A program made the position numbers and the translations under genes. Below are positions 27,001 to 42,000 of a DNA stretch of 64,000 nt, piece by piece. The stretch is from an uncultured Planctomycetales bacterium (GTDB taxonomy: Bacteria; Omnitrophota; Gorgyraeia; Zapsychrales; GWA2-47-8), in contig CAZCLW010000001.1 of the NCBI GenBank assembly GCA_964499685.1, positions 119,859-183,858 on the forward strand. Reading direction: 5' to 3'. The notes under the pieces were generated by a model that was given only the letters and a program-made list of their open reading frames with translations, was not told the origin of the DNA and ran no database searches. Numbering within the stretch: the stretch's first letter is position 1; each line of letters starts with the position of its first letter.

Positions 27001-30000
27001 CGACCACGGCTTAGTCGTTAATGCTTACTGGCTGGAAGATTATCTGCTGGGTCCCCGAAGACGGTGGGGAAAAGAGATCGGATCCATGATCTTTGACCGC
27101 GCAACAGGTAAATACCGTCCAGCGGACCTTCATCGTCACTCGGTCTTCGGTGTCCTGGAGGGCCGTACAAATATCCGTCCGGGCCGTTTTGTCAGGGCCA
27201 ACATCAACCGCGGCGAGAACGGCGGCAGCCGCGTTTCGCTCAATTCCGATCACCGGATGCGCACCATCAGCATTTCCGGTGGATTAATGAAAACGCACGG
27301 CTTAAAGATCGGACAGGCCATGATCGTCCGCGTTGAAAAAGACCGGCACGGGGTTTATTTGGCGCTCTATAAGGCTTCTGACCTAGACCGTCTGGATGAG
27401 GTAAGTTCGATCCTGACGACCCGATTCATGCGGTATAGCGGCCAAAGATCCAGGAACAGAAGCCGCCTCCGAGGACAGATGTGGCAAGTCGATCCCGCAT
27501 TGACCGACATATTCAATCTCGGCCGCGGTAAACGCAATGTTCGCCCCGGTCTCGGTATAACGCGGCCGCTTAAGAATTTCAGGCCGCACAATAAAAGCGG
27601 CTATCAGATCAAGTTGGTCTCCGAGGCGGAAAATGTGAAGACGGTCCATTTATTCCTGCCGATTTCCAAAACGGATTGGATCACTTCGGTCAAACAAAAG
27701 AATCCAAAAGCAGTGTTTGTGATCAATATTCTGGAAGATAAAGATTATGGTCCTTACGTGGAGGTCCGGCTTGAAGGGGCACTGCTTAGTCAGCACTGGT
27801 ATGACCGTCAAAGGAAAGAATTTAAGCGGGTCGATCTTAATATAAAGAGACTGATCGATTGGGTCCATCGGCAGAAGAACATTCATGGCGAAGAGATCGA
27901 CCTTGCTGGATTTGATCACTCTTTGGAAGATATTTCCAAGGGAGGTTTTGATCGATCTTACAACGCCCGTCGGATAAATTTGAGGAATGAAAGACTTTCC
28001 GGAAGGCGCCTGCGCATTGTGTCCAAGGATGGCCGGACCATCAAGTTATTTGACGCCGATAAACCGCTTAAGGGGCAGCGGCCGTTGGGTATCTATGTTC
28101 GCCATCCGGTTGAGAATAAATTGGTCAGATGGGAAGGAGAGCAAGACATTCGGGAAAGTGCACCCAAAGGTTATTGGGGTGACTTATCGAGCCATCATAT
28201 TGAAGATCTGGAAAGAATGGTCAAAGAAGGGAGCTATCGCGCCGTTGGCCGGTTTAATGCCTTTAAGTTGCGTATCGGTAAAGTACGGGTCAGATTCTTC
28301 TATTTAACCGGTAAATTACCGATGCCAGAAGATAAAGAAGACCGCCATTTGACCCCGCCCAGGAAATTTATCTGGGGCCAATCAAGAGGTAAGAGGGGAA
28401 CGGTTTTACACGTTTACTTCTCATCCCGTGATTTAGCCGAGCAGATACGACATATGTTTAAGATGAAAGAAAATTTGCATGAAGCGCTTTCGGCCATTGC
28501 TTTGCATGAGCTTATCGAAATAAAAGCGGATAAAAAATACGAGGGAAATACTCAGCGCGGATCATTAGCGCATGAGTTGGCCGAGCGTGTCGTTTACCGC
28601 CGTTACAGTAAAGCGGCCGCCCGTCTTTTTGAATTGACCAGTCCCACAAAAGGACTGCGGGAAGCCAGGAAGGATTTCCGGAACTACAGGGAAGTCGTCA
28701 GCGATCACCTTAAAAAAGGGGATTTTGCAGCCTTGCAATATGATAAGGAAAGACAGGGATTCGTTATTGCGAATGCAATAGGCAAAGACGGGGTTGTCTA
28801 TGCAGGTAAAGGTCTTTTTAAGCGAGGTTTGAAATGGCTGAATGCCCTTTTTGACCTTTTAGCTTCCATTGATCCCGAGATTTTCAATACTTTTGCAGAA
28901 GACCCTGAAGCCCGCATAATCTTCATCCCGAATATGGGGAATAAGGCCCAGGGGAACAAACATAGTTTTGGCCCTAGTCTTTCTTACCATTGGGCCGGCC
29001 GTCCGGTTTATTTCTTTGATCGGAAGTTATTGAATTATTTGCCGGATTTCTACGAAAATTTACGGTTCGAGATACAAGAAGGCGCATATGCCTCCGCCCG
29101 CTTTACACTTTCGGAAAAGTCCCGCTTAAAGACGGGTCATGAGACCTCCGCCTTGCGAAAGAAAATAACCATGATCAATGAAGGCAGAGGTTTACGCAAT
29201 ATCGGCTTTAGTATGCGGCACAATCGCGATCGTATGCAGGAAATCGCAAAATTAGCGATCGTTCTTGAAGTGGAACGGCTCTTCGGGAAGAAATACGACC
29301 CGGATGATTTCTTAAAAGCTTTGCGCATCCTCTCTCATTTTGTGAACAAGCAGGGGTTTGCGCATCAAGGAGCCATCAGGCATTTTCTTTCTCAGAATGA
29401 AATATTCTTTTTGGCGTTTTCTGCAGATCCAAAAATCCTGCCTGTCACCCTGAAAGTCTTTACAGAGCTTATAAGATCAGGATCGGATAAGTTTTCTTAT
29501 CATACGAATACCATCTTGGAATTGCTTGCCCCTCAATTTTATGGATCAAACAGTGCACGGTTCCGTTATGAATTGTTGAGATTCATACGTTTCCATATGG
29601 AAAGTTTACTTGCCGGTCTTTTGAAGAAGAAAGAGGGCGCGGACATCCTTCGTTATGATTGGTTCGTGCATGACCTTGCCGCCCCCGTCTGGCAGATGGT
29701 CGAGTATGCCCATCAAAATGTTCAAACCAAGCAAGTTCGGGCGGAACTCAATGCACTGCTCCTTAGAATGGTTTTGGTGGTGGCCTTGGCAGCTAAATTC
29801 ATTTCAGCCGAGGAAGCAAAGGAATTAATGGCAGCCGATGTCGGTGAAAAAACACACCAAGAGGTATTGGAGATGCTCGTGCCTTATTTGCGGGATTTTG
29901 TGATCAATGAACGTCAGGATCTTCCTTTGAGCGTCACGACCATGGGTCTGGTAGGGTTATCCGCAGTCAGCCGTGTTGTCCCTGAATTCAAAGAAGAAGC

Positions 30001-33000
30001 GGATAAGGCTGCGGAAGCATTCATTTTCGGAAAGAATGGGGCAGATAACACAACGCGGACCGGTTCCAAATGGTTCAATGGTTCCATGGATCAAATAAGA
30101 GAAGAGATGCCCACGTTAAGCTTGATTCTGGGTAACCGGAAGTATTTGGCCCGGCTCTTGCTTGTTCTGGGAACATTGCGGCTTTTATACGATTATCAAA
30201 AAGCGAACGCGTCGAATCTGACGCCGATCGAGTGGGCGGAGGCCAATCAGGTCATTTTAAAGGTCCGGGAGCTCTATATTGCTCCGGTCAGCGAATCGTT
30301 CCGCCGCCATATTGTCTATACAAAGGACAATGATGGTCTTAGATTTGCTCTGGAGATCAAGATGCCCGGGCAGGATTATGGACGTGATACCATTTGGGCC
30401 ATACATACGACATTTGCCCAGAGGTATCGCGAGCATTATGGGGAAGAGGGCATGGTCAAACCGCTCTTCTATATAGGCCTTCAGGGTAAATACATGCTTT
30501 ATGATCACATGAATACCGACAGAGAAAAGAGCGGGATCGTCGGATTCGATTACTTTGAAGGGAAAAGATTGAAAAATGTGCTTGAACATCGCGATGCAGA
30601 AGGGTCGTATTTTGAAATGGTGGCCAACAAGAATGGAATAAGTAAAGAAGACCTGCTGGTCCGAATTTTTTTAGATATTTTGACGTTTATCTTGCGCATT
30701 CACCTTTTAGGCTATTTGGGGACAAAGCCGACTCTCAATGATCTGCACTACGAGAATTTTGCTTTATTACCTGACGGATCACTGAGGGTCATCGGGGATT
30801 TCGGGGCGTTCCGTTATTTGGGCCGCACGTTGACCATGCGGCTAAGAAAAGAGGAGACACGCGACCGTATTGTTGATCCCGGCGCCATGTCTCTTGCCGA
30901 CGGTGTATTTGAGCCCCAGAAATTAGGCCCTGATTATTTAGCCAAAGTATTGGATGCAGTCCTTGAGAGGATGCTGAAAGATGCCTCATCGGAGAAAGAG
31001 CGGGAGAACATTGTTCGCTCTGTATTAGAGGAAGTCGGATCCGTCTTCGTCGAGATAGGGCTGCCACAGGAGCGCTTAGACCAAATTGTGGCTTCCCATA
31101 AACTCGAAACCGCCGGCTCCCACAACATCACTGTCCGCGGATTGCGGCACGCCGCCGATAGATACCGTACAGCCGAGCCGGAGGTTGCGGAGCAATTCGA
31201 CTGGCTCGCCGATATTTTAGAAGAACTCATCGGCTATTTGATCAAGTCAGGGAAGATCCGCGGCGAGCCGGAAGATACGGTCGAGAATTTTGCCGTGGCC
31301 AGTCGTATCGACGGTGAAATATTGTGGAGCGGAGAGATCGGCGGCCGGGAAGGCCTGAAGAAAACATTGCGTAAAGCAAGCCGGAAACTTCATCTGACCG
31401 AAAAAGATATTGAGAACATACTTACCCACATTGATGTCCACGAAGCACAGCCCACGGAGCAAGAGGCCATTGAAGCCCAGCGCGTCTTGATCCTAAGGCA
31501 ATTAGCCGCGGGTCAAGCCGGACAAAGGGCGCCGCCCCGCAGAGCATGGTATGCCTTGCCGCTCATTATTTTTGCGCTTGTCTCTGTATTCGCTTTAAAA
31601 CAAGACACTCCTTTATTAAGACTTGCCCCGTCCGTTCAGGCCGATCCGATCCGGGAAAATCTTACTCCCCTTTTTGAAAATGAATTTAAGGACATTTCCG
31701 TTCTGGGTTATGAAGAGTGGCAAGAAAGAGCGGACCGGTTATTAGAATTACATGACCGCGACAAGCTTAATGACTACACTTTAGAATATCTGATCGCCCA
31801 ACAGCTTGTTGAGCATTATTTCCGGGAATTCTTTGGCCAACTCACGTCGGCGGATGCCCAGCGGTTAAAGAAGCTTCTCACCATTGAACAGCCCAGCGTG
31901 GAATTTGTTATTGAGGGATTGATCCATAAGCTCGGCAGTCCTTTTGACCGTGAAAAAGTAGAGACCCTTGTCCCTGCCTTTTATGCCACCGCTGATTTTC
32001 TGGAAAAGATCATCATTCAATTGAACGCGCATACCGGGCCCCCTGAGGGCCTCCAGGAACAAGCCGAGTCGGCCTATCTGCAGCTTATTGCCGATATTGA
32101 TTTTTATGATGAAGGCAAACGGATCAACGCTTTTCTTGATCTTCTTAAGGAGCAAGGATCGTTCGCGGCGGCCCAACGCCTTCTTTGGGATTACAGGATG
32201 GCCCAGGACCAGTGGAAAGAATTCACGGGCATTCCGATCGAAAATTTTGGGACCGAAACAGAAGCCTATTTACAGACGGTCGTTTCGCAGACCATGCAAT
32301 ATGCGGTTGAAAATCATGCCGAGGATATTAACAGGATCGGCAATGCGGAAGGTTTCAATGCTCTTATCGTTTTGCGGCCGACTAATCGGGACATCCGCTA
32401 TCTGAATACGGACGGCGTTGTAAGGGCAAGCATCGGTTTCTTGGGCCATACCCAGGATTATCCCGACGATCAAAGGCCGTACAGTGTTTATTCCGACCGC
32501 AATAATATCGTTATATGGAAAGGGGAGGAACCGCAGCATGTGATCTGGAGAGGGACGCCGGAAGAGAGAATGATCGAAGCCGAGATATCCAGAATGTCGA
32601 GCGAAATGCGTTTTGGCCGGCCGATCCCGTCCCAGTTGTACCGGCACATCCCACCCTCTGAATTGACGAGGGATTTCCTGATCAAGGCCGCCGACAGTTA
32701 TCTGCGGCTCCGTTTCCGTTTTGATCCTGAAGGGAAATATGAAACCCCGTGGGGCCGTGTTTCCATCCGGCTGGATGATCTGGAAGAAAACCGTCGGAGT
32801 TTAGGCGATGTTGTGCGGCCAAGAACTGTACGCGATCCATGGACATCTCTCTCTCCGGCGGGTGAAAAATCTGTGCCCCAGGCTGTGCCCGCGGGCCCGG
32901 GCGGAAATGATCCTGCCTCCCTGATGAACCGCTTAAAGACCCAATCGACATGGCTCCTGACTGCCCTGTTTGGCGGCACTCTGCTTTTTGTGTTTTTAGT

Positions 33001-36000
33001 CATCGTTCTCTTTACCGCGCTCGCGGAGATAGTCTTCATTCCGGATAAAGAGGATCATTCTGACCCCAGGGCGGATATTTGGCGCGGGGAGAGGTTGTGG
33101 CTTTTCAGGATACTGACTTTTTCAGTCATCAGCGTTTCCCTGATACCGATCGGCAATATTGTGCTTACCGAATTGATTGGTAAGGATATCTCGACCCTCT
33201 ACTCAGCCATCTATGATCATAATCCATCCCTGGCCACTATAGTTGAATGGACCGCCTATATCCTGGCCGGACTGGACATATTTTTATTGGTTGTTTTTGC
33301 GGCCTTTGCCGTTGTTAAGAAGATCAAGATGATCAAGCGGCTTGATGAGTATGTCCATGTCAGGACATGGGGGAGATTGAAGGAAAGATTGACCAGTAAC
33401 GGTCTGAACAGTCTCATCATTATCGGTTGGCCGGGTTCGGGCAAAAGCTATTTGGCGCAGTGGTTGAAACAGCAGTGGGACAATCATGAAGAGCATGTGG
33501 AGGTCCTGCAGGCTGACATGTTCTTTAAAGAGCGGGTCCACATCTTGCCCATGGTGCTCCTGCAGTCTTTGGGCTGGATCCCGGTTGTCTGGTGGCAAAA
33601 ATGGATAAGCCGCCGGATGATGAAAAGAAGGATAGACGGCGAGAAGTTACAGGCTTTCTTCGAGACACTCACGGCCTACCGCGAATCCTTGCAACACGAT
33701 CCTGAGCACGCGCTTCAGGTGCGGTTGCAAGTCAGAAAGCCTCATCCGCCGCTGTTTTCACCTTCGATCATCGATATTGAACTTAATTTGACACCAAAGA
33801 CCATCTTGGTCTTTGACGGATATTTCTTCGCTTATTATCTGGAACAGGTCCCCCATCCGCATATCTTATTGTTGAAAACATCTCTTTTCCGTTCCTTCCT
33901 GAACTATGTCCATCGCCACCGCAAGGTCAACGGTGCAAAAGGGTTCGTAAAAACAGCCATATCTTCTTTGGCCTCTGCGGCAGGGATCCTGATCGATTAT
34001 CCGGTCATCCAAACTTCCCGTCACATCGGGACCGAATACATCATTGATTTTAACGGCCACGAAGAGCCTCTTTTATTGAAGAACGGCAAGAACGGCAAGC
34101 ATAACGGACGGAAGGGACACAAGAATGGCGACCATGACAAAACTCCGCCGCAAGACCGCAGCGGGGTCCATGTTAATATGCCGGTATTTACCGTCGGGAT
34201 CGCAGGTTATATGGCCGCGCAAGCCCTGCCTCTATCCCCATGGGTAGGAGTCGCATTCTTGGCCATTACTTTTATTGGTTTGATCCTTTGGGCTTTGCCC
34301 GCCGACCCCCGTCGATACGACCGCAAGTCCTATGAAGATTATAAAAATACGCGCGGAGAATTGGGCGATGTTTACGCGTTCTTTATCAAAGAAATCATTG
34401 TTCCGCATCTAAAACCGGAAGATGTGGTGGTCGAGGTGGGTGCTGGAGCGGGAGGATTAAGAGAATTACTGGGGAATACTTTACCGGAAGGGGTCCGTTG
34501 GATCGAGACCGATTCCAGCCAAGAAGCCCTTGATTATCCTCGGCGCTTCCCGACAGAAAGACAACAGGTAGTCTTGCCGCAGCTGCCGTTTGATCCGGAT
34601 TCTGTTTCAACGGTTGTCGGATTATCCTCGTTAAGCTCTCTCAATCAGCCGACCATAGTTAGTTCTCTTCAGGAGATTTTCCGCGCTGTTCAGCCCGGTG
34701 GGAAATTTATTCACATTATGGATCTTATCCCTCCGGCCGGCGAGGAATGGGAAAAAGCCCAAAAGGAAGGGCTTTTCCTGCTTCCGCGCGTTGCCGATAT
34801 TGCGGGCGGCCCCCTGTCTCTGGGATTGCTGTATGTCAGTCAGGAAAGATTGTCTAGGCAACCTGCTCTGGTGGAGCAGGCCATAGAGTTTATCCGTATT
34901 TTCAAGACAAACAATTCCCGCGGATTTCTGGATGATGCCATGGTCCAAAAGTTGAGGCGTTTCGAGGAGGAGCTGGACCGTGCCCAGGTCGTGGTCCGCA
35001 AAGAAAACAGTATGATCGAGGTCAAGGACCGGGAAATCAAGGCCGCCGTCCAGGAAGCGGGCTTCAGGACCCTTCAGGCCGGTTTATTCCAGATTAACTT
35101 TGCTGTCGATAGAAAAGATGTTTCCGGGCTGGCGCCATCTATCAACACGGTGATCTTTGACCATGGCAAGATCGGCCGGTATCATTTCCCGGACGTTCCG
35201 GGCGATAAGGTCCAGATCTTTATTGCCGTGACAGCGCTTGTCGCGGAAAAACCCCTACCGCCTCCGGCGGACCAAACAGAAAATGCGGCCAATGACTGGC
35301 TAGCCAAAAGACTTAACAGTTTTGCCCGGCTCTGGCAGGGCGCCGATCCTGCCCTGCAAGAACGGTTCCGCGAAGAAACCGCCTTATTGAACGCGATACT
35401 TGATCAGCAGGAGACCGAGATAGGCCGGGATTATTTGGCCCGGCTCATCGGATTGCAGGAGGCATACAACCACTTCCATCGTCGGGGTCTTTCGCCCCAT
35501 AGGATGCCTGAAGGGATCGAAGAGACGAATTGGAAAGGTTATGAAGGAGTGGATCTTCACGGTTGGTTTTGGAAAGCCGAAGGCAGTGAAGAAAGACGTC
35601 CCGCGGTTGTTTTGTTGGCTCCATGGGGTTTTGATGCCACATGGAATCTCCCTCTCGCCCAGCGCTTAAGAGAACACTGGAACGTTCATTTTGTGTTCAT
35701 AAGTCTGCGCGGCCACGGAAAGAACGGTTCTTCGCTGACAACGTTGGGGATCGCCGAAAGCCTGGACTTGCAGGAGATCGTCGGACAATTGGCGGCGCGC
35801 CATGATGTGGATCCGGATAGCGTCATGGTCATTGGTCATTCGTTGGGCGCGATCAGTTCCATTATAGCTCAGGCGAGAAAACCGCTCTTTCGGAAGATCG
35901 TTGCGGTCGGTCTTCCGGCGACCTACCGCGCCGCTGTTTCCAGCTGGATAAGGAATCTGGTCCTCTCCCAGCAGCGCTATCGCCGGGCGTTTGCCCAGTT

Positions 36001-39000
36001 CCCGGTCCCGGAAGAGTTGAACGAGGCGGTGGTTTTGGCAGCAGGGAACGCGGTGGAAACGATCCGGGAGTGTTATGTGAAGGAAATAGGCATTGATATA
36101 AAAAATTGGACCGTGGCTGGTATAGCTGAACCGGTCGAGGCCATCCGTCACATCAACGCACCTGTCCTTTTAGCCGTGGAGTCCGATCAGATAGTCGTTA
36201 ATGCCGCACAGCGCGAAGCTTTTGCGGGATCTGCAGGGAATTCAGTTTCCATCCGTACATATGCCGGGACGCATAACGGGATCTTAACGGGCGAAGACGG
36301 GGAGCGGTTTATTCAAGACGTTGTGGCGTTCTTATCAGAAAGCATACCGGCCGCTCCGGTCACGCGAGAAAGATTCATTGATTTCTTAGATCAGCGCGCT
36401 GTAATTTGGCAAGTCCTTTCAGCTCTGGAAAGCTTCCGCGCGGAGGGGATGATCCGTGGTTACGGTATATCCGGAAGTTTTTCGCGCGGCGAACTCCGTC
36501 TGGATAACGGTCACGACCTGGATATCGCGCTTTTGCTCAAAACCCGTCCGCAATTCCCCGAAAGACTGATCAGATACATTGATCAGGTCAATAAAGATCA
36601 CGGCGATGCCGTACATATTACCCTTGAGGCCTTTGGACCGGCCTATCGCTTCGACCCACAGACCGGATCGCTGCGGTTTGAGATGGTGCGCGGCCGGGAG
36701 ATTGTCCGGTCCCAGATCGGATCCGGTAAATATAAAGGAAATAGATTTATTCAGCTTTCAGATTTGCCCATTACTACGGATGTCCTGTGGCAGTTGTATC
36801 AAACATTGGCCGCCTTGGGCCCGCTGACAACCGATGAGGTCCGGGCGATGCTGGATGTGGAAGCCTGTCCCAACTGTGTCCTTAAATTACTTTCTCCACA
36901 GCGCGCCGTTGAAGTTTACATGCAATTGCAAAAAGATCCGCAGCGTAATATCCGTTTTGTCGAGGGCCATCCTTATTTTAACGTTCAAGCTTTACTGGAA
37001 ATTCTCAGGTCCGATGAGATCGAGCGCATCTTTGTCGAACCGGACCCAACCGCCCCGGGGCGCGGCTGGCATGCCACCTCACGTAAGACCGGCGTCCGGC
37101 TGACCGATATTCCGGACCCGGCCAACGCCTGGGTGGGGGCCGCAGAAGATACATTGGGTGGCTGGTCAAAAATTTTGTTGGATGGCTTAAAAAAGGCAGG
37201 ATTGGCGTCAAAGCAGTCGTTAAGGATCATCGATTTGGGGACCGGTTACGGATATTTCTTGCAGCATTTTGGACGACTTCTCAAGCAGTGGGGCTATCGC
37301 GTTGAGGCTTTGAAGGGCATCGATTATGACAGCGGTTTGGCTAATGCCCATCAAGTTTTGCGCGAGCGGTCTGCGGAATTGCCGTTAATTTTTGCAACCG
37401 CCAGAGTGGCGGAATACAGCGATGACCAGGAATACGATATCGTGTCCATGAACGCCCCGCATACCCAGGTCTTGGAAGAATTTACTTTACGCGCTCTGCA
37501 GTTGGTCAAAACAACCGGAATTATCTGGATCCGGATGGAGCAAACACAAGAAGACTGGTTTGTCTCTGCCATGACGGAATTGAGCTATCATTTCAAGAGA
37601 ATACCTAAATTTGCCGGAATGGAACTTAAGGAAATGGAATTGGTTGTGGGGGACGGTCTCGTGGACAATGAATGGAGTAAAAGTCCCGTCGTTCATTTAG
37701 TCTATTTTACTTCTTCAAGGCCTTCGAATTTGCGCGATGATCCTAACGGCCGGGTGGGGGCCAAAACAAGAAGAGAATGGCAGCCGCACGAGATCCGTCA
37801 GTGGCTTTTGGAAGAACTCGGAGAAGAATTAGGCATTGCTTTTGTGAGGGTTTTGATTGAAGGGTATGAAAAACTTCTTAACGGTGAGAATATTGATAAG
37901 GTCACACTAGCTGGTCTCTCCTATCAGCTGCGCACGGACCATTTTCTGGTGGCGGGATTGGGGAGAGTGATCAAATATCAATTCGAAAATTCACATTATG
38001 AGGCTGTCATCCGTTTATTCGACCGTCTTCCTTTAGCGAAAGGAAATTTTGTTCGTTTTACGGCCGGAGAAAAACGAGTCCGGCCGGAGAAAGATCCCTT
38101 TGCCGCACAAAAAGAGATCCGCCGGCGTTTGGCGTATTTGAGCGGCGCTCCTTGGATCGCTACCCTTGTTGACGAATACGAGATGCTTCCTGACAGCGGC
38201 GGAGACCCCCATACAATCGACCGCCTCGCGCAGACCGCCTATCAGATCAGAAGAGGGCATTTGCATATATCCAGCTTGAAGGATGTTTTGACCAAAGGCT
38301 TCGATGGTGATCCCCGCCAGGTGATAATGTATGCCTTCCCGCGGCTTGCGCTCAAAGAAGAAGGCTTCAAGGTCGTCCTGAAGGTCGATAAAGACCACTT
38401 TTATCAACGGGTTTACCGGATCAGCAAAGACCCGGCGACAGGGAAGGAACTCCGAGAACTGGTCAATGTGGAACGTCAGAGTGCGACATTTTCCTTCCTT
38501 GATACGCCGGGGCCGCATCTACGCCGCACATTTTTGGCGCAGGATGGACGTATCTATCTGTGGCCTAAGAAATTCGTTGGGCCGCTTAGGGTCATTAAGG
38601 TCAATGGCCGGAGCCGGCCGGATCCGGCCTTGACCGGAAGAGCGGTGGATATTTATTATGATGCCGACAATATTCCACGCCGGCTCGTGATCTATGAAAC
38701 ACCCGAGCGGATCAAACTCTTGGATTCCATTCATCTCCACCCTATATTGACCGTCCTGGATTCAGGGAGGACCCAGCTTCACGATGTTTATTATCGAGGC
38801 TATCCTTCCCAAAAGCGCCAAGCCCTGACGAACCATGTTGTCGAAGGAAGATTGAGCCCTCAAGGGACTTTTTCATTCGCGAATGATAATAAAGAGGCTT
38901 CCGGTGCCTGGGCCAGATTTGGGTTGAGGGCCGATCACACTATAGATCCTTCTTATGCCGGCGCGGCATACTCCGCCTATTTTAAGGATGGCTATCCTCT

Positions 39001-42000
39001 GTGGGCCGTTATCTATAAAGAAGGCCGATTGACCGAGGAAGAAGGTGAGCTGCATATTTTCCAGCGCATTCTAAGACAAAAGGACCTGAAAGTGGTCAAA
39101 ATTTTCGGTACAACGATATCCATGGCTACCTGGCCCACGATTTTATCCGAACATGGGCCGATCTTCATTGAAGGCAGTTATGTCGCCGATAAAAAGGGTA
39201 TTATTACTATCGCCGGCAGAAAACTGCGTTCTAGGGAATTGGCTGGCCTTCCTGTACTTATGAAAGCCGATGAGACCGGCCGTTTTTATGCCATGCCGAT
39301 GATCGTTCCCGATAGGATGAGAAAATGGAACCATGCGGTTTTTGCGGCCCAAGTGAAAAATATGATGGCGCAAGAACTGACCCGCGCCCCGGCTGAGCGT
39401 GTGCTCATTGTTCCGGAAGGCATCGATGAAAAAAGCCGGTCATTTTATGAGCAGCTATATCGGAAGGAAAGATTAAGCCAAAAGGGCGTGGTTTCCTTGT
39501 ATGAAGACATTATCTATTTAGGGGATTTTGCCCTGGATCAGATCTTGCGTGGAGTTCCTGAGGACGTCTTGAATTACAGAATTAAGTCGGGGGATAGGGA
39601 AGATACGATCAGGGAATTCATACGTCAGGTCATTCGCCATGGCGTGGTCAGTATCAATCGCGGAACTTTGGGCCCAGCCCATGAACGTCTGGGCCGGGAT
39701 ATCAATCTGCGAGAAAGGCCAAGGATCGCGCTTATGTCGTTTGTTTTGCGGGCAGAGGCCGCGAAGGACCTGATCTGGGCCAGCCATGCTTATCTGGTTT
39801 CAGAAGAGATCGCGCGGGTCCGGGCTGCGCGTCACCTTAAGTTAAATGGAGAAGACTGGGAAGAATTGCATGCGATCGGGTTAAACGTATCGCTGAGGAA
39901 GGCTGTCCAGTTTTATAACATTTATGATGCGCGGTCTAGGAAGGCGACATTTGTTACATATGCCCGCAAGATCATCGAGCGCGATATGCTCAAGGCCCTT
40001 ATCAAAATTTCAAAAGTAAGAAAACGGATGCCTTTGTCATTGCATCATCCTTATGGACCAGAAGCAGAGGGGCGGCAGTGGTCGTTGCTTGATGAGATCG
40101 TGGATGAAAGGACCGGCGTAGTAACAGAAAGCTTTACACCGACGCAAGGTTCCGCCAAAGATGGATTTTATGCAATCATGCAAGGATGGCGCATTCTGGA
40201 CGAACGTACCGCGGAAATGCTTTGGTTGAGATTTTTGCATTATTTTGGTTTTGAAAGATGGACTTATCAGCAGATCGGAAAAAAATTCGGTGTAAGCCAT
40301 GAGACCGTCCGCTTGACCGTTTTATCGCTTTTAGAGGCATTATTCCAAAGACCGGAGATCATCGTCGATATCGGTGCTTTATTCGGCATTCGATTGGATG
40401 CGGATACGCTTGTCTCGCTCTTGGAGCGCTGGAACGGCAACGGTAACGGTAGCGGAGAACATAACGGTGATGATGAAGGTTTGAAAGGAAAACAGGCCAA
40501 TGCCCTGGCCTGGCCGGTCATGGCTTTGGTCCTCTTGTACATTTATCCTTCCCTGATGACCTTGGCAGCGATAGCGCTCCTGGTGGTTTTGTCGGCAGTC
40601 GTTTGGTATAAAAAGCCGCGGCCGCGCGAAGTTGCTTTAACACATTTTCGGAAAAACCTGCGCAGGACAGTCATGTTTAACAATGATACTGCGGGCTATT
40701 CCTTATGTTATCCCACCAATGAGGATTATCTTGGCGCGCAGATCCCTGGTTTACGGCAGATGGTCGAAGCGAAAAAAGCCGCCGGAGAAACGACTGTGGC
40801 CGTTTCCGTGTCCGTGGACCAAACCCTGGGCTTTTTAACGCTTTTTGACCGCGTCTATCTCCTGGATAATACCGCCGCGGTCGTTGAATTGGCTTTTCCG
40901 GCGATGATCAAAATGATCATGGAGGCGCAAAGCCGGGCTGATTTTGCGGCACGGCTTTTCTGGAGGGAATTGAGTCCGGAGCAGTTAAAGGATTTGGAAC
41001 ACGCCCCGTTATCCGCGATCGAAGAATATTTAAGGGATGATGATCGCTTTGCGGATCGCGGCGTAGATCGAATGTCCTATGTGGTGGAGCTTCTTTATGG
41101 GATCGCGACCCGGAAGATGCGCTGGACATTATTGAGAAAGAGGGAATTTGAGGATGCTGTTTATGAGTTGCGCAAGTTGTTCTTCGGCTGGATCAGGACC
41201 GAAGAAGATCTTGATTATGCACCGGAAAAGAGATTATCCGCTTTTGCCGCGGCAACATACTTGAAAGATGAGGATTCTTTCCGGACGCTGAAGACGAAGC
41301 TGGCATCGGGCGCATTGCTCCCTGTGCTCGGCGAAATAGAGGGGGAAGGCTTAAGATATGTCACAAATGATCTGCAGGAGAAAGGATGGACGGCGCATCT
41401 GATCTATATTTCAAACAGTCTGGAATTGGCCGGCCTGTTCGGCAACACAGGGCTTATCGACCACGACATTTTTGCGAAGTTCAGGGCCAATCTCAGGCGT
41501 GCCAGGGATAAAAGGGTCATTGACAGCCGGACATTGATCTCCTGGGGTATCGAAATTGACAGGATGCGTCTGAATACCCTGGAAGAATTCTTTGGCGTTG
41601 ATTTTCCGCTCGACGAGGAGTTTTTGGGAAGTAAATCGCACAAGGCTGTCGTTTATCACGCTGATACCAAGATTTCCCGGAGGCCTTATCGTCCGAAAGC
41701 ACCGGAAGAGCGGTATACGGACGTGGATCAGTACCTTCTCGAGAAAAGGATCGATCCGCGGGTATTAAGACAGTTGGTGAAGATCAACAGGAGCAAACTC
41801 AATGTCTCGATCGTTATCCCGACGACAAAGAGCAGCCGCCACTTAAGAGAGACCGTCGAGCATGTGGCCAAGCAGTTTTCTTTTATACGGCAGCAGCGTC
41901 CGGGCTGGACGGTCGAGTTGATCCTGGTTATCAGCGGCGAAGAATTGGACCGGACGCGGGAAGCGGCTTTAGCTCTTCAAAATGAATTTTTCTTTGCCGG

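Noticed and set aside
5558-27007. Numerous minus-strand ORFs of 150-230 aa inside the giant gene (e.g. 5558..6100, 14063..14671, 17570..18262, 18545..19144, 20656..21261, 24869..25549, 26369..27007).
   Set aside because: They lie antisense to a continuous, motif-rich coding frame. Their translations are low-complexity or Arg/Pro/Gly-rich, typical of shadow ORFs, and none has a recognisable motif or RBS context.
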